The translations under genes and the position numbers were made by a program. From Capsulimonadaceae bacterium (GTDB lineage Bacteria > Armatimonadota > Armatimonadia > Armatimonadales > Capsulimonadaceae), in assembly GCA_965215505.1 (NCBI GenBank), contig OZ244065.1, positions 1,952,001 through 2,016,000 on the forward strand: a stretch of 64,000 nt of DNA, written 5' to 3'. This document shows, piece by piece, positions 39,737 to 49,355 of the stretch. Positions within the stretch are counted from its first letter, which is position 1, and every line of letters begins with the position of its first letter. The notes under the pieces were generated by a model, which saw only the letters and a program-made list of their open reading frames with translations, had not been told where the DNA came from and ran no database searches.

Positions 39737-41074
39737 CTAAGAAAAGCGCGGCAGGAGCAGGGCGAAGAGCGTGTACAGGTTGAGCGCGACAAGGCCCGCC
39801 GCCAGCACGCCGACGAGGATGGGGAACCAGGCGGGGCGGGGCAGCAGGCCGCGCAGGCCGAGGACGAAGAAGAGGGCCAGCGGGAGCAGAGCGGGATACC
39901 AGTAGCGGCCCTGGGCCTGGAAGAAGGTCAGGATGAAGCGCAGGAAGACGAACCCGGTGAGGGCGGTCAGGACGGCGAAGGCGGCCAGTAAAACCCGCTG
40001 GGGCGGCGTCAGCGCCGCGCGACGGCCCAGGGCGCGGAACAGGCCGGAGGCGGCTGCCAGGCACAGCAGGGCGAGGAGGGTGTAGGGGAGGGGGGGCGGG
40101 TGCGCGAGGAACGACATCGCGCCGCGATCACTCGCGTGCCGGTGGGCGCGCGGGTCCTGGCCCCAGAAGAGGAGCAGGGAGTCGAAGCCGCCCCAGAAGG
40201 ACGCGAAGGTCCACTGCGCGACGCCGCCGAGGTAGCTGAAGATGGAGCCGCCGTAGAGCATCCGCGCGATGTAGTCGGCCTGGGCGGTGCTGGAGAAGGC
40301 GGAGAGGAAGATGTGCTGGGCCAGCGGGTCGTGGTAGAGGTGTTGGTTGCGCCCCAGCCAGGGCGAGCCGATCAGGAGGCCCAGCCCACAGGCGATGGCC
40401 GCCGCCCGCCCGGCCTGTGTCCCTGTCGTCAGGCCGCGGGAGGCCAGCAGGTAGCAGGCCAGCAGGACGACCGGGAACAGGAGGAGCGCGCTGGTCTTGG
40501 TCAGGATGCCCGCGCCCAGCGTAATGCCAAGCCAGACCGCCCACCGCTGCCTTTCGCCCGGCTCTGAGGCCACGACGAGTTTTGCCAGCAAACCCAGCCC
40601 GATCACAAGCACGAGGTTCGTCAGGGCGTCGTTCGTGACGGAGGCCGAGAGCGCGACATTGCCGGGCAGCAGGCCAACGGCGGCGGCCGCGCCCAGGGCC
40701 AGCCACGGGGCATCGGGGAACAGCACGCGGATGCACCGGTAGGAGGCCAGGAGGAGCAGAGCGCCGAGCAGGATGGAGACGGCGCGAACCGCCCGCATCG
40801 CCGCCGCCTCCCCGGCCCCGTGCGCCGCGAGGTAGACCGGCGCGGCCAGGACGTAGTACAGGGGAGGCTGGTGGTTCTCGTAGCCGTGCATGGCGTCGGT
40901 GAAGACCGGCAGGTGGCCCGAGGCGATGGTCTGGACGTACTGCATGTGCGCGTTCTCGTCCGGGTTGTGCTGCTCCGGCGTGCCGGCGGGCGTGACGGCG
41001 CAGTAGGCCCCGGCCAGGAGCAGGTAGACGAGGACAAGACCGGCCAGGAGCCGCCGCGAAAGTCGCTCGGTCAT
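39737..41074 (-). CDS. GT-C (ArnT/PMT-like, DUF2142-type) membrane glycosyltransferase
   Basis: PDENAH..Y, HQPPLYY, NDAL, LTK and QAQGRY motifs; multiple TMs; TGATG coupling to the upstream gene. Confidence 0.85.
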   Translation of the reverse strand: MTERLSRRLLAGLVLVYLLLAGAYCAVTPAGTPEQHNPDENAHMQYVQTIASGHLPVFTDAMHGYENHQPPLYYVLAAPVYLAAHGAGEAAAMRAVRAVSILLGALLLLASYRCIRVLFPDAPWLALGAAAAVGLLPGNVALSASVTNDALTNLVLVIGLGLLAKLVVASEPGERQRWAVWLGITLGAGILTKTSALLLFPVVLLACYLLASRGLTTGTQAGRAAAIACGLGLLIGSPWLGRNQHLYHDPLAQHIFLSAFSSTAQADYIARMLYGGSIFSYLGGVAQWTFASFWGGFDSLLLFWGQDPRAHRHASDRGAMSFLAHPPPLPYTLLALLCLAAASGLFRALGRRAALTPPQRVLLAAFAVLTALTGFVFLRFILTFFQAQGRYWYPALLPLALFFVLGLRGLLPRPAWFPILVGVLAAGLVALNLYTLFALLLPRFS

Positions 41075-42996
41075 CACGGCTTCGCCTCCGGCAAGGCGAA
41101 AACGGCCACGCCATGTGCCTCGAAGAGCGGCGGCCCGGCCCCGTCGGTCAGCGCGAAGACCCATTGGGTGTAGCCGGGCGCGTCCGGGGGGGGCAGGTTG
41201 CGGCGGTTGATGAGGATGTGCGTCACGCCGATCTTTTGCAGGCACGCGCGCAGGTCTTCGGCATTGTGGAACGTGTCATAGGGAATGAACGTGCTGTGCT
41301 GGGCGTCGCCCCACAGGTAGGCGCGGTCGCAGTAGAAGCCGAACGGGTGGCCGTAGAAAACCACCTTCGCGTCGGCGGGGAGATGCGCGTTGATGAACTG
41401 CATGACCGGGTAGCCGGACTGGTCATGCTCAAGGAACTGGGCGCGGGACTGTCCCCCGAAGACGACCGGCGCTTGCAGCCGTATCAGGGACGCGCCGATG
41501 AAAAGCGTGAAGGCCACTGAGCCGGCCCCTAGCCCGGCAAAGGCATAGCGCGAACGCCAGCGCCCCTCCCAGGCACTCACGACGACCCACGCGGCCAGTA
41601 GGCACAGGACAGGCAGGGTCGGCAGCAGGTAGCGGACGTACTCCACGGTCGCGAACCACAGGCCGAGGGAACACAGCGCGTACAGCGCGAGTGCCCTGGC
41701 CGCCGCCGGTGCGCGCCCCAGAAAGGCGGGGAAGAACAGCGCGGCCAGCAGCAGCGGCGACAGCGTTTCCAAAGGCGTCTGGAACTCGTTGAACGGGTGC
41801 GGGCTTGTCGTCGGGTGGCCAGGCAGCAGGTACATCGTCAGGTTCCACGGTGCCAGGACGGCCTGGGTGGGGCTGTGGATCTCCTTGGAGGTCTGGCCCA
41901 CCCCGAAGCCCGCGTTGGAGGCGTCGTAAGCGTCGCCAAGGCCCGTGTTCCAGTACCGGCTCGGGAAGAGGTGGGAGTAGAAGGGGTAGACGGGGTTGCC
42001 CGTGTAGGCCGCCGACTTGATGTACCAGGGCGAGCCGACGGCCAGGGCGAGCAGGCACCACACGGCGACCTTCCCAATTGCCCTCGGCAGCGTCCGCCCT
42101 TGCACGCGCACCCACCAGAACAGCAGGCCGAGGGCCAGCAGGGCGACCGTCCCCAGTGCGGTCGCTTTCGTGCTGAGGGTCAGGCCCATCAGGACCGCAC
42201 CGAGCCGCAGCCAGCGTCCATCCCGGCTCGCCATGCCGTTTGCTACCGCCAGCAGCGTCAGGGTGGCGAAGAAGGTCCCGGCGAGGTCCGCGTAAGCCGT
42301 CCCCGCCTCCCACAGCACGAGGGGCGTTGAGGCCAGGATGCCCGCAGCGGTCAGCCCGACGCGCGGCGACAGGTGGCGCGCGCCGAAGGCGTGGACCGCC
42401 AGGCAGGCCCCGACGCCGCAGGTGAAGTGGAACAGCTTTGCGAGCGGGATGCCGCCCTCCATCAGCCCGAAAAGATACCACATCTCGGCGGTGAAGGCGA
42501 AGTTGGAATGGCTCTCCCAGGGGATGTAATGGATGCGGTGGACTTGCAGGTACATCTTCGGGTCGGCCAGGTGGTAGGAAAGGCTGTCCCATTCGGTGTC
42601 GCCGATGCCGCCCAGCCCAACGACCGGCGGGGTCCAAACGCCGACGAGGGGGATCAAGGCCAGCAGGAGGAAAACAACGGCCACGGCCCAGACCCAGGGC
42701 GACAGCCGGAGGCCACGCCGGAGAGTGTCTTGGAGTTCCCACGCCATTACCTGATGCTGCTGGGACCCGGCGGCAACGAGAAGAAGCAGAAGGCCAATGC
42801 CCACCGGGCGGTACAGGCCACCCAGCAGCCCCAGGGCGAGCATGGCGTAGGCGAGCATCCCCAGACCGAGTGCCAGGCCGAACAGGCTGCGCTCAAGCCG
42901 CGTGGGGCCGTCGTCGAGGCGCAGGAGGCGCAGGACGTTCCGGCCCGCCGCCGCCGCTGCCCAGGCCGTTATCAGAAATAGCAAAAGGTCCAGCAC
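41074..42996 (-). CDS. GT-C (ArnT-like) membrane glycosyltransferase
   Basis: WDSLSYHL..P, AYAD, STK, PWY...TGNPVYP and RYLLP motifs; multiple TMs. Confidence 0.85.
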   Translation of the reverse strand: MLDLLLFLITAWAAAAAGRNVLRLLRLDDGPTRLERSLFGLALGLGMLAYAMLALGLLGGLYRPVGIGLLLLLVAAGSQQHQVMAWELQDTLRRGLRLSPWVWAVAVVFLLLALIPLVGVWTPPVVGLGGIGDTEWDSLSYHLADPKMYLQVHRIHYIPWESHSNFAFTAEMWYLFGLMEGGIPLAKLFHFTCGVGACLAVHAFGARHLSPRVGLTAAGILASTPLVLWEAGTAYADLAGTFFATLTLLAVANGMASRDGRWLRLGAVLMGLTLSTKATALGTVALLALGLLFWWVRVQGRTLPRAIGKVAVWCLLALAVGSPWYIKSAAYTGNPVYPFYSHLFPSRYWNTGLGDAYDASNAGFGVGQTSKEIHSPTQAVLAPWNLTMYLLPGHPTTSPHPFNEFQTPLETLSPLLLAALFFPAFLGRAPAAARALALYALCSLGLWFATVEYVRYLLPTLPVLCLLAAWVVVSAWEGRWRSRYAFAGLGAGSVAFTLFIGASLIRLQAPVVFGGQSRAQFLEHDQSGYPVMQFINAHLPADAKVVFYGHPFGFYCDRAYLWGDAQHSTFIPYDTFHNAEDLRACLQKIGVTHILINRRNLPPPDAPGYTQWVFALTDGAGPPLFEAHGVAVFALPEAKP

Positions 42997-43005
42997 GCAT
43001 CATCC

Positions 43006-43773
43006 TTACCGTCGGGCAGGCTCCGCTCCCGGAAGGTCCACCAGCCGCCCGGTCACGCGGGGCCGGGTGCCGGGCGCGTCCCAGGCCATCTCAGTCTCGC
43101 CCAGCAAGTGCCCGAACCAGCCCGCCTGCACGATGGGCACGCCGCCCACGATCTTCGGTTCTCCCAGCTTGTTGTGGCTGTGGCCGCCGACAATGAGGTC
43201 TATTTCGGGGCAGGCGGCGGCCAGCCGCTCGTCTTCGCGCAGGCCGATGTGGGTCAGGGCGACCAGGGCATCCACCGAAGGCCGCAGCGTCTCGATTTGC
43301 CGCCGGGCCACGACGACGGGGTCGTCAAAGACGAACGCGCTGACCAGTCGGGCCGTCATGCGGGGCGTCACCATCGGCACCGTCAGGCCGAAGACGCCGA
43401 CCCTCAGGCCGTTCGGCAGCGTCTTCGTGAAAGACGGGACGACGGGCAGCGTCTCGCCCTGATCCTCGCGCCAGCGGATGTTGGCACAGAGGATGGGGAA
43501 GGCGGCCTTACCGATCTTGAGTCGTAGCAGGGCGTCGGCGACGTGGAACTCGCGGTTGCCCAGCGTCATGGCGTCGTAACCGGTCTCAGACATCAGGGTC
43601 AGGATCGGCTCGCCGCCGGGCCGGACGCCGACATTGCCCGCCGAAACCGCATCCCCGGCGTCCAGCAGCAGGACATTGGCCCGCGTGGCCTTGGCCTGCT
43701 GGATGAACTCGGCCTGGCGCGCGCTCAGGTGGTTATGGAAGTCGTTCGTGTGCAGCAGGGCGAATTGGGGCAT
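43006..43773 (-). CDS. Calcineurin-like metallophosphoesterase (5'-nucleotidase N-terminal domain only)
   Basis: HTNDFH, DAGD, GNRE, THIG and GGHSH motifs. Confidence 0.88.
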   Translation of the reverse strand: MPQFALLHTNDFHNHLSARQAEFIQQAKATRANVLLLDAGDAVSAGNVGVRPGGEPILTLMSETGYDAMTLGNREFHVADALLRLKIGKAAFPILCANIRWREDQGETLPVVPSFTKTLPNGLRVGVFGLTVPMVTPRMTARLVSAFVFDDPVVVARRQIETLRPSVDALVALTHIGLREDERLAAACPEIDLIVGGHSHNKLGEPKIVGGVPIVQAGWFGHLLGETEMAWDAPGTRPRVTGRLVDLPGAEPARR

Positions 43774-44011
43774 GGGTTATTATTCCGGGGGAGGCCCCCC
43801 GCCCCCAATTCTGGGGGTGTCAGAGGGGAACCCCTCCCATCTCGTTCCTCGCCACCCTCCCCGAAACGGAGAGGGGAAGAGTTTGGGGAGAAAAGGCCCG
43901 CCCTGCTGTCCGAGACTCCTCGCCCACCCGTTGTACCCGCTGCCGAAGCTCTGTGAGCAGGGGCGGGAGGGCCGCCGCTTGTGGCGGGGTGGGTTCCGGG
44001 GGTGCGCTGAT

Positions 44012-44548
44012 CTATTGCCGCGCCGTCGCCTCCGCCGGTTTGATATGCGCGAGGTAGGCGGCGACCGCCTCGTCCAGCCGCCCCTGCCGCCGCAGGATCT
44101 CCTCGATGGCGTCCCGCACGGCCCCCGCCCCGCCCGCGCGGGGCGTCACCCAGTCCGCCCGCGCCTTCAGGTGCGCGGAGGCGTCGGCGACCGCGATCTT
44201 GACCCCGGCGGCCTCGAAGGCGGGCAGATCGTTGATGTCGTCGCCGACGTAAGCGGCTTCCTTGGACCGCAGGTGGTACTTCTCCAGCAGCCCGTTCAGT
44301 GCCTCCGCCTTGTCGCCGCAGTTCTGGATCACGTCCTCGACGCCGAGTTCCGCCATGCGCGTCTCGACCACGCGGCTGGTCCGGCCCGACAGGACGGCCA
44401 CGCGCAGGCCGACCGCCTGCGCCATGACGATGCCCAGCCCGTCGGCCACATGGAAGGCTTTGGACTGCCCGCCGCCGTCGCCGTAGAGCAAGGTGCCGTC
44501 GGTGAGCGTGCCGTCTACGTCAAGGACGATGAGTTTGACGTTCTGCAC
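44012..44548 (-). CDS. kdsC: Kdo-8-phosphate phosphatase (HAD)
   Basis: DVDGTLTDG, F...DGLGI, GDDIND and GGAGAVR motifs. Confidence 0.9.
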   Translation of the reverse strand: MQNVKLIVLDVDGTLTDGTLLYGDGGGQSKAFHVADGLGIVMAQAVGLRVAVLSGRTSRVVETRMAELGVEDVIQNCGDKAEALNGLLEKYHLRSKEAAYVGDDINDLPAFEAAGVKIAVADASAHLKARADWVTPRAGGAGAVRDAIEEILRRQGRLDEAVAAYLAHIKPAEATARQ

Positions 44549-44899
44549 TCAGGCCACCCCCTCATCGGGGGATTTCGCTCTGCTGCTTCTCCACCAGCCA
44601 TAGATACCGCTTGCGATTCCAACTGCCATCACGGCAAGGCTAGGCATTTGCCATGACTCAGGCCCGAGGCCGATCAAATGACCTACGAGAACCAAAACCG
44701 CAGGTATAAAAAGGTTGCTGCCCAAAAAAATGAGAGCGAGGCCGGCGAATACGAGAGCACTATCTACGCCATGTGGTAACAAATGGCGCAGTGTGGTGAC
44801 CTGTAGTACGACCCCGCTTGCCACCAGCAACAACGCAAGTCCGTCTTTGACGCGAGACATGGGCGACAACTTCTCAGACATGGGTTTGCCAATTTTCAT
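44549..44899 (-). CDS. Small hypothetical membrane protein (lower GC)
   Basis: 116-aa hydrophobic ORF filling the kdsD-kdsC gap with overlapping or abutting codons. Confidence 0.6.
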   Translation of the reverse strand: MKIGKPMSEKLSPMSRVKDGLALLLVASGVVLQVTTLRHLLPHGVDSALVFAGLALIFLGSNLFIPAVLVLVGHLIGLGPESWQMPSLAVMAVGIASGIYGWWRSSRAKSPDEGVA

Positions 44900-45912
44900 A
44901 CTATCCCCGCCTTCACTAAGTCCTTCAGCATCAGCATCCCGACGGGGCGGCCTTCGGCGTCCACGACGGGGGCGTCGCCGGCCTTCTGGCCGGGGAGGGG
45001 GTGAAAGTCATCCAGGCGGCGCAGGCCCTCGGTCGCGAGAAGATTAGCGGTGACGAGGCCGGGGCGGCGGGTCATCGCCTCCGAGGCGGGGCGGGTGAGG
45101 AGCTGCGGGTCATCCAAGAGGTGCCGGCGGATGTCGCCGTCGGTGATGAGGCCCGACACGCGGCCCTCGGCGTCGGTGACGATGGCCGCGCCGGCATTGG
45201 CACGGGTGATAGCGAACATGGCATTCAGGACGGTGCCCGACTCGGGGACGATGGCGACGGCCTCGCCGGTCCGCATGAGGTCGGAGACGCGCAGGGTCAG
45301 GCGGCGGCCCAGGGTGCCCGCCGGGTGCAGGCGGCTGTACTGCTCGGGGGTGAACCGGCGCGCGCCCATGACGGCCACGGCCAGGGCGTCCCCCAGGGCG
45401 ATCATCGCCGTCGTGCTGGTGGTCGGGGCGAGGTTCATGGTGCAGGCTTCTTTCTCCACCGACACGTCCAGGACGACCGAGGCCGCCCGGCCCAGGCTGG
45501 AGCGCGGGCTGCTGGTGAGGGCGATGAGCGGGGTCTGGAGTTGGCTGATGGCGGGCAGGATGGCCTTGACCTCGTCCGTCTCGCCGCTGTAGGAGAGGGC
45601 GACGACCACGTCGCCCGGTTGGATCATGCCCAGGTCGCCGTGGACGCCCTCGGCGGGGTGCAGGAACAATGCGGGCGTGCCGGTGCTGGCAAGGGTGACG
45701 GCCAGCTTGTCGGCGACCTTGCCGCTCTTGCCCATGCCGGTCACGACGACGCGGCCCTTCGTTTCTAAAAGCAGCCGGATGGCCTCGGCCCAGGCCGCGC
45801 CGTCCAGGGTTTCAGCCAGCCGGTCCAGGGCGCGGGCCGCCTCGGACAGCACCCGCCGCCCCTCGGACAGCCATTCCGCTCGTTCGGCCTCAGTTGGTTG
45901 GTCGTCCATCAT
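44896..45912 (-). CDS. kdsD: Arabinose-5-phosphate isomerase (KpsF/GutQ; SIS + CBS)
   Basis: GMGKSG, STGTPA, HGDLG, SYSGET, APTTST and HPAG.LG motifs; CBS pair. Confidence 0.93.
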   Translation of the reverse strand: MMDDQPTEAERAEWLSEGRRVLSEAARALDRLAETLDGAAWAEAIRLLLETKGRVVVTGMGKSGKVADKLAVTLASTGTPALFLHPAEGVHGDLGMIQPGDVVVALSYSGETDEVKAILPAISQLQTPLIALTSSPRSSLGRAASVVLDVSVEKEACTMNLAPTTSTTAMIALGDALAVAVMGARRFTPEQYSRLHPAGTLGRRLTLRVSDLMRTGEAVAIVPESGTVLNAMFAITRANAGAAIVTDAEGRVSGLITDGDIRRHLLDDPQLLTRPASEAMTRRPGLVTANLLATEGLRRLDDFHPLPGQKAGDAPVVDAEGRPVGMLMLKDLVKAGIV

Positions 45913-46040
45913 TGCGCTCATTATACAGAGTCATGCGCGGATTATGCAAGCGGGCGGCTCGGCCTAAGCAGGAAAACCGGCTCGCGGTCGCCAACTATTG
46001 CGTGTCGGTTCGCTTCCGAAAGGTCAACGGTCATCGTCCT

Positions 46041-47381
46041 ATGAAGAGAAGTCTCTATCCTCTTGCCCTCCTGCTGTCCGCTTCGCTGCTCCCGGTACGC
46101 GCGTGGGCGCAGACATCGGCACCCGATCCGGCTACGGCCCAGTTCCGGGCGGGGGTCGCGGCGTTCCAGCAGCATCAATATGAGGCGTCCATCGCCGACT
46201 TCCGGGAGGCGGTCCGGCTCCGGCCCGAGTACGCGGACGCGCACAACGCCCTTGCCATCGCGCTGGAAGCGCGGGGCCAGCACGCGGACTCGCTGAAAGA
46301 GTTCCAGGAGACGGTCCGCCTGAAACCGGACAATCCGGACGCGCGCTACAACCTGGGAATCGCGCTGGACCGTCAGGGGCAGACCGGGCCGGCCGTGAAC
46401 CAGCTCCAGGCGGCGGTCAAGCTGCGGCCCGCCTTCGCGGCGGCGCACTACATGCTGGGGCGTCTGCTGGAGAAGCAGGGGACGCGCGAGGAGGCCATCG
46501 CCGAGTACCGGGAGGCCATCCGCCTCCGCCCCGACGGGGCCGCGCCGCACTACAGCCTCGCCAATGCGCTGGACGACAGCGGGCGGCACGACGACGCCAT
46601 CGCCGAGTATCACGAGGCGATCCGCCTGGACCCGGCCAACGCGGACGCGCACAACGCCTTGGGGAACGTGCTGGATGTCCAGGGCAAGCACGCGGAGGCG
46701 ATCACGGAGTACCGCGAGGCCCTGCGGCTGAACCCGGACCTCGCGCTGGCCCACTACAACCTCGGCCTGGCCCTGGACGCGCTTGGGCACACGGGGGAGG
46801 CAGTTTCGGAATACCGGGCGGCGCTGAAGAACAAGCCGAACCTCGTAATCGCGCGGCAGTACCTCGCGAAAGCACTGGCCCGACAGAAGAGAGTGGCGCA
46901 AGTCGCCCGGACCGACCGGGCGGCGGCGAAGGCGCAAGCCGACCAGGCGGCCCGAGCCGCGCGCGTCGCCGAGATGACGGCCGCCACCCAGACCCCGCCG
47001 CCGGCACCGACCCCCGCCCCGCCCCGCCCTGCGACGGCCGTGCTGCTCCAGCGCGGCAAGGCGCTTTACAATCAGGGCAGCCTCGTCGGTGCGATCACGG
47101 TGCTGAGGCAGGCGGTCGGTGCCGATCCCGGCAGCGCCGAGGGGCATTACCGCCTGGCGGTGGCCCTGGACGACCGGGGGGACCACACCGCCGCCGTCCA
47201 GGAGTACAGGAGGGCACTCCGCTTGAAGCCAGACTACGCGGCGGCATATTCCGGCCTCGGCACGTCGCTGTATCTTGCCGGCGACCGCGCCGAGGCCCGG
47301 CGCGCGTGGCACCAGGCCATCAGTCAGGGGGACCCGCAGGAAGCGCAGAATGCCGCAGGGCTGCTGAAGGCGTATCCGTAG
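46041..47381 (+). CDS. Secreted TPR-repeat protein
   Basis: Signal peptide; many TPR units (AHYNLG..L...G...EA...YR.A.RL.P). Confidence 0.9.
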   Translation: MKRSLYPLALLLSASLLPVRAWAQTSAPDPATAQFRAGVAAFQQHQYEASIADFREAVRLRPEYADAHNALAIALEARGQHADSLKEFQETVRLKPDNPDARYNLGIALDRQGQTGPAVNQLQAAVKLRPAFAAAHYMLGRLLEKQGTREEAIAEYREAIRLRPDGAAPHYSLANALDDSGRHDDAIAEYHEAIRLDPANADAHNALGNVLDVQGKHAEAITEYREALRLNPDLALAHYNLGLALDALGHTGEAVSEYRAALKNKPNLVIARQYLAKALARQKRVAQVARTDRAAAKAQADQAARAARVAEMTAATQTPPPAPTPAPPRPATAVLLQRGKALYNQGSLVGAITVLRQAVGADPGSAEGHYRLAVALDDRGDHTAAVQEYRRALRLKPDYAAAYSGLGTSLYLAGDRAEARRAWHQAISQGDPQEAQNAAGLLKAYP

Positions 47382-47389
47382 GCGCGTCC

Positions 47390-47596
47390 CTAATGGGTGA
47401 ACAGCAGGTAGAAGCCCATCACGATGAAGAGGGCATCAATGACAAGCGCCCGCTGCTTGCGCCCGGCAAACACGCGGCGGGCCTTCGGATCGTCCGGCAG
47501 CGTCTTGGCGCGCAGGTTGAAGTAGGCGAGGCTGATCGCGCGGAAGATGAAGCCGAGAGCGACCAGTACGCCGCCGATGATCTTGAACGGGTCCAA
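47390..47596 (-). CDS. Small two-TM hypothetical protein
   Basis: 68-aa ORF with two hydrophobic segments directly after yajQ. Confidence 0.6.
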   Translation of the reverse strand: MDPFKIIGGVLVALGFIFRAISLAYFNLRAKTLPDDPKARRVFAGRKQRALVIDALFIVMGFYLLFTH

Positions 47597-47610
47597 AGGC
47601 TGTCTCGCGC

Positions 47611-48105
47611 TTACCGGTAATTCGTGAACTGGAGCGGGACGTCCAGGTCCTCGCCCTTGAGCATCGCCATCACCGCCTGCAAATCGTCCTTGGCTTTGGC
47701 CGTGACGCGCACCTGCTGGTCCTGGATCTGCGCCGTCACTTTCAGCCCCTTGTCTTTAATGAGCTTGGTGATCTTCTTGGCGGTCTCGGTCGGCAGGCCG
47801 CTCTTGATGGTCACCACCTGCCGGAGCGTCCCCTTACTGGCTTGCTCCATCTTGCCGTATTCCAGAAACTTGACGTCCACGCCGCGCTTGATCAGCTTGG
47901 ACTGGAGTACGTCGGTGAGCGCACTCATCCGCGCCTCGTCGTCCGAATGGAGCGTCAGCTTGTCCTTGTCGTCGTGCTCGATGGCGCTGATGCTGCCCCG
48001 GAAATCGAAGCGCGTCTCGATCTCGCGCTGCGCCTGCCCGACGGCGTTCTTGACCTCCTGCGGGTCCGCCTTCGAGACGATGTCGAAACTGTATTCCGTT
48101 GCCAT
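47611..48105 (-). CDS. yajQ: YajQ family nucleotide/c-di-GMP-binding protein
   Basis: SFDIVS, RFDFRG, AQIQ...VRVT.K.KDDLQ and LQFTNYR motifs. Confidence 0.95.
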   Translation of the reverse strand: MATEYSFDIVSKADPQEVKNAVGQAQREIETRFDFRGSISAIEHDDKDKLTLHSDDEARMSALTDVLQSKLIKRGVDVKFLEYGKMEQASKGTLRQVVTIKSGLPTETAKKITKLIKDKGLKVTAQIQDQQVRVTAKAKDDLQAVMAMLKGEDLDVPLQFTNYR

Positions 48106-48153
48106 GATGTGAGTCCCCTATCCTTACGCCGGTGTCAGTGGCCTATGTGCCCT

Positions 48154-49110
48154 CTATGATACCCGCCCCGCTCCCGATTCCCACCCGATCCGCTCCGCCG
48201 CACTCGGGGCGGCGACGCCCGGATTGCGCCCCAGCCCCGCCACGGCGGCCAGCAGCAAGGCGAGGCCGAGCCATTGTCCGAGCAGGACGGGCGTGTGCAG
48301 GACGACTAGCCCGATGAAGAGGGAGGTCAGCGGGTAGCAGAGTTCGGCCAGTGTCGCCACCGAGGCCGGCGTCCCACGCAGGCCGAGGTAATACAGGCCC
48401 ATGCCGGCGAGGTCCGGCAGCAGGACGATGAGCAGCAGGAACAGACCCGCGTAGTGCGCCGAGTGGGTGGGAGGCGCGGCCGTCCCGGTCGGGACCAGCG
48501 TCAGCAGGGCGAGGACCGGGACGGCCAGCGCGAACCGCGCCCCGGCCAGCAGGCCGGGCGAGAGGGCGGCGGTCAGCGACCGGCCCGCCACCGTCGCCGC
48601 GCCCCAGAGGGCGGCAGCGCCCAGGGCGAGCAGGGCCTGCTGCGCGTGGATGTCGCCTATAGACGGCGGCTGTTGGAAGCCGATGAGCAGGTACGCGCCC
48701 GTCATGGCCGCCGCGCCCCAGCCCCAGAACAGCCAGGACCGCCGCTCCCCCAGCAGCCAGCCCGCCAGCAGGATGGCGACCAGCGGCTGCGTCTTCTGGA
48801 GCAGCACGACAGTCAGGGCGTGCGAAAAGTCGAGGGTGAAAGCCTTGGTGTAAATCCAGGTTGCAAGAGCGGACCCGCCCCAGCCGACGAACAGCAGCGC
48901 CCCCCACTGCCGCCGGGCCAGCCAGGAGAGCTGACGGCGCTCGCGCCACAGGATAGGCGCGAACAGGAGGGAGAGGGCGAGGTGTTCCCCCAGCACGACG
49001 CGGGCCGGGGACCAGCCCGCGCTGAGGGCGGCGGGGCGCAGCAGCAGGTCCGCCCCCCAGAGCATGGCGGCGAGGGCAATCAGGAGCGGGGACAGGAGGC
49101 GTGACGGCAT
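48154..49110 (-). CDS. EamA/DMT family transporter
   Basis: AAMLWG, LLQKTQP, LLGER, YYLGL..TPASVATLAEL motifs; about ten TMs. Confidence 0.9.
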   Translation of the reverse strand: MPSRLLSPLLIALAAMLWGADLLLRPAALSAGWSPARVVLGEHLALSLLFAPILWRERRQLSWLARRQWGALLFVGWGGSALATWIYTKAFTLDFSHALTVVLLQKTQPLVAILLAGWLLGERRSWLFWGWGAAAMTGAYLLIGFQQPPSIGDIHAQQALLALGAAALWGAATVAGRSLTAALSPGLLAGARFALAVPVLALLTLVPTGTAAPPTHSAHYAGLFLLLIVLLPDLAGMGLYYLGLRGTPASVATLAELCYPLTSLFIGLVVLHTPVLLGQWLGLALLLAAVAGLGRNPGVAAPSAAERIGWESGAGRVS

Positions 49111-49127
49111 GACGGGTATGATACCCG

Positions 49128-49310
49128 ATCCTCTCCCCCGGCGCTGCGCGCCGACCCCTCCCCTCGGAGGGAAGGGGGTGTGAATAGAGGTTAATCTGTA
49201 TTCTTGGGTGGTTTTTCGGTCACGGTTAGCCTCCAAGAAGAGGCACCCTAGCACCATTCACCCGCCCTTCCCTCCGAGGGGAGGGTCGGCGCTTGCGCCG
49301 GGGAGAGGAT
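49128..49310. repeat. Long imperfect inverted repeat of the same family as 18867-19027
   Basis: ATCCTCTCCCCCGGCGCTGCGCGCCGACCCCTCCCCTCGGAGGGAAGGG ... CCCTTCCCTCCGAGGGGAGGGTCGGCGCTTGCGCCGGGGAGAGGAT. Confidence 0.75.
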
Positions 49311-49355
49311 AATCCTCCACTTATCTGTTATAATAGTGGACAGGAGAACATCTGT

